Shown: piece by piece, positions 61,223-64,000 of the stretch
Numbering within the stretch: position 1 is the stretch's first letter
Layout: every line of letters begins with the position of its first letter
Origin: Heterodontus francisci
Taxonomy: Eukaryota
NCBI RefSeq assembly: GCF_036365525.1
Contig: NC_090393.1
Coordinates: forward strand, 61,771,907 to 61,835,906
Direction of reading: 5' to 3'
Length of the DNA stretch: 64,000 bases
The notes under the pieces: generated by a model
Seen by the model: only the letters and a program-made list of their open reading frames with translations
The model's database searches: none
Told to the model about the DNA's origin: nothing
Translations under genes and position numbers: made by a program

Positions 61223-61804
61223 GTAAGTTTTTAATCTGCTAATGTACAGCTCTAATATAATTTGATTGTGTAATTTTGTCTCTTTCTATTCTGGCTAGGA
61301 GTGGCAGAGAAGATTGCAGTCTGTACCATGGTAGATCTATTTTCAGCAGTGAGCTCAGGCTTTGATTATTCTTTTGAGAGCCATGGACTTGAATGTCTTG
61401 TGTCTGTAGATATGGTAAAGAACCTGAATTCTGTATTTGCTGAAAAATCATCAAAGTTTATAACTTCAAGTAGCAAGCATGTGCTTGAGGTGTACCACTC
61501 TAATTGTGCGTGAAAGGAGAAGTGGACAATAAATGGTGAGGATGGGGCAAAACAGAGACAGGGAACAAATGGCTGGAAATGAGAGTGCAGGAATGAGAAT
61601 GGATGGCAAAGGGAGGGGGAGAATCAATGGGAAGGATGATAATAGAGTGAAAGGATAATGAGGGAAGAAAGGAAGGTCAAGGAAAATAGATGGTAGTGAA
61701 AGTGGGATAGATGATAGTGAGGGGTGTGGAGAGGGCTACAATGGATAGTGAGAAGAAGGGGGGAAATTGGGAGATGAGTGACAAAATGGATGCAGACAGG
61801 AGGA

Positions 61805-62420
61805 TAGGGAGTTCCAGGATTTTGACCCAGTGACAAAGGAAGCATCCTATAGGTCCAAGTCAGGATGGTGTGTGTGACTTGAAGGGGAACTAGGAAGCGG
61901 TGATGTTCCCATTCGCCGGCTACTTTTGACCTTCTTGGTGGTAGATGTCATATGTTTGGGAGGTGCTGTTGAAGAAGTCTTGGCGAGTTGCTGCAGTGCA
62001 TCTTGTAGATAGTACACACTGTAGCCACAATGCGCCGGTGATAGATGGGGTGCTAATCAAGCGGACAGCTTTGTCCTAGATGGTGTTGAACCTTTTGATT
62101 GTTATTAGAGTTGCATTCATCCAGGCAAGTGGAGCATATTGCATCACACTCCTGACTTGTGCCTTGTAGATGGTGGAAAGGCTTTAGGGAAGTAAGGCGG
62201 TGAATCACTTGCTGCAGCATACCCAGCCTCTGACTTGCTCTTGTAGCTGCAGTATTTATGTAGTTGGTTCAGTTACGCTTTTGGTCAATGATGAGCCCCA
62301 GGATGTTGATGGTGGGGTTTTCAGTGATGGTAATGGTGTTAAATGTCGAGGGGAGGTGGTTATACTTTGTGGTTGGAAATGATCATTGCCCTGCACTTGT
62401 GTGGTGCGAATGTTACTACA
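61805..62420 (-). mobile_element. Family B LINE 3' fragment
   Basis: GTTCCAGGATTTTGACCCAG and CATCACACTCCTGACTTGTGCCTTGTAGATGG shared with 12955-13450. Confidence 0.8.
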
Positions 62421-62439
62421 CTGAAATGCTTTGTCTAGA

Positions 62440-63540
62440 ATGACAACAGTGCGGAAGGAGGCTGTTCAGCTCATTGTGCCTGTGCCTGCTTTTTGAAACA
62501 GCTATTCAGTTAGGCCTCATCCCCTGCTCTTTCCCCATAGCCTTGCTAAATATTTCCCTTCAAGTATTTATCCAATTCCCTTTTCGAAAATGACAATTGA
62601 ATCTGCGTCCACCACCCTTTCAGGCAGCGCATTCAAAATCACAACAACTCGCTGTGTAAAATTTATTTCCTCATCTCCCCACTGGTTCTTTTACCAATTA
62701 CCTTAAATCTATGTTCTTCAGTTACTGACCCTTCTGCCAGTGAAACAGTTTCTCCTTGTTTGCTGTGCCAAAATCTTTCATAATTTCGAACACCTCTATC
62801 AAATCTCTCCTTAACCTTGTCTGTTCTAAGGATAGCAACCTCTAAGGTTTTGACTTCCTTCCTAAAGTGCGGTACCCAGAATTTGGCACAGTACTCCAGC
62901 TGGGACTTAATCAGTGTTTTATAAAGGTTTTGCATATCTTCCTTGCTTTTGTACTCTGCCAGTATTTATAAAATCTAGGATCCCATTTGCTTTTTTAACA
63001 GCCGCCTTAACTTGTCCTGGAACCTTTATAAACTTGTGTGCATACACCCCCAGGTCCCTCTCTTCCTGCACCCTCTTTAAAATTATACCTTTCCGCTTAC
63101 ATTGCCTTTTCTTGTTTTTCCTACCAAAATAATTCACTTCATATTTCTTAAATTTCATCTGTCCATTTCAGCAGTCTGCCTATGAATTCCTGAAGTCTAT
63201 TACTATCCTTTACCTCACTGTTATAGTATTTGAGTTTCGTGTCATCTGCAAACTTTGAAATTATGCACTGTATACTCAAGTCAGTAATATATTTTGAAAA
63301 GAGCAGTGGTCCTAACACTAAATCCTGGGGGCACCACTGCATACTTCCCTCCATCTGAAAAACAACCATTCTCTGTTTTTGGTCCCTCAGCCAATTTCGC
63401 ATCCATGCACCCACAGCCCCTTTAATCCCATGGGTTTTAATTTTGCAATGAGTCTATTATGTGGTACTTTGTCAAATGCCTTTTAAAAGTCTATTTACAC
63501 ATCAGCTGCATGATCCTCATCAATGCTCTTCATTACTTTG
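62440..63540 (-). mobile_element. CR1 LINE fragment
   Basis: KFADDTKL, NLYKTLIKSQLEYCAKFW on the minus strand. Confidence 0.85.
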
Positions 63541-64000
63541 CAACGACCGGGTGAGGAAGGGGTCTCCAGCTCCCCTCTGGCCCTTTTTCCTGGTTTGGTC
63601 GTAACAGGGTTTAACTTTTTAAAACCGTGTTTTTAGCTTCACCTCAGTGAGTCCTTACTCAGTGCTGTCTAATTGTAATTGTAAAGGAACCAATCAGACA
63701 GGCTTTCTCAGGTTTAAACAGGAAAGGTGCAAGTTTATTAACCTGAACACTCTAACTCAGTTAAAGTTACTAAAAATCTGCAATGCAGCCACGCTAGCAT
63801 GCATACGCGATGGACACAAAAATATACAGACGAGGAGAAAGAATTAAGGGAGGGAGGTTTGAAGTAGTAGATGGAATTCAGTTACTGTTTTTGGTTTGGA
63901 TGTGAAGACCTTGATTGGAGTTAAGTCTTGCAGTTCTCGTTGGGGCCCAGTGCACACTTTCAAACCTCTTGTGCTGGTACCAGAAGGCTGCAGAGGTCTT
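63539..64000. mobile_element. Possible LTR-like repeat interrupting the CR1, running off the window
   Basis: Abrupt switch from CR1 to TGCAACGACC..., with CCAAT and a reverse AATAAA; no coding evidence visible. Confidence 0.3.

Overview
Vertebrate genomic DNA, most likely a shark (HE1-type V-SINE, Deu-domain SINEs, abundant CR1, L2, RTE and Penelope fragments), and heavily repeat-laden. Three spliced + strand genes can be built from splice sites and reading phase. (1) A stand-alone 303-aa DEDDh 3'-5' exonuclease of the PML exon 8a/9 (Plex9-like) type, CDS 2341-6086 in 3 coding exons, with all catalytic residues intact. (2) A 470-aa PML/TRIM19-like protein (RING, B-box1, B-box2, coiled coil, NLS, SIM), CDS 15812-27061 in 5 coding exons. 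It stops 6 nt before a retained splice donor, exactly where PML normally continues into the exonuclease exons, and has an ISRE/CCAAT promoter candidate at about 12.0-12.25 kb. (3) The first six coding exons of CABIN1 (39438-61222), which continues beyond the window. Genes 1 and 2 together look like a full-length PML split into two adjacent genes in reversed order, which is the main finding. Other highlights are a TSD-bounded full-length degenerate Tx1/L1 element with a U1 snRNA-derived head, a 26-unit GC-box minisatellite in the CABIN1 promoter, a 209-bp inverted duplication in the PML-like first intron, a hAT-type MITE with an 8-bp TSD, and an unexplained frameshifted coding fragment that may be an endogenous viral element. 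Repeat boundaries and family names are by-eye estimates; no database searches were run.
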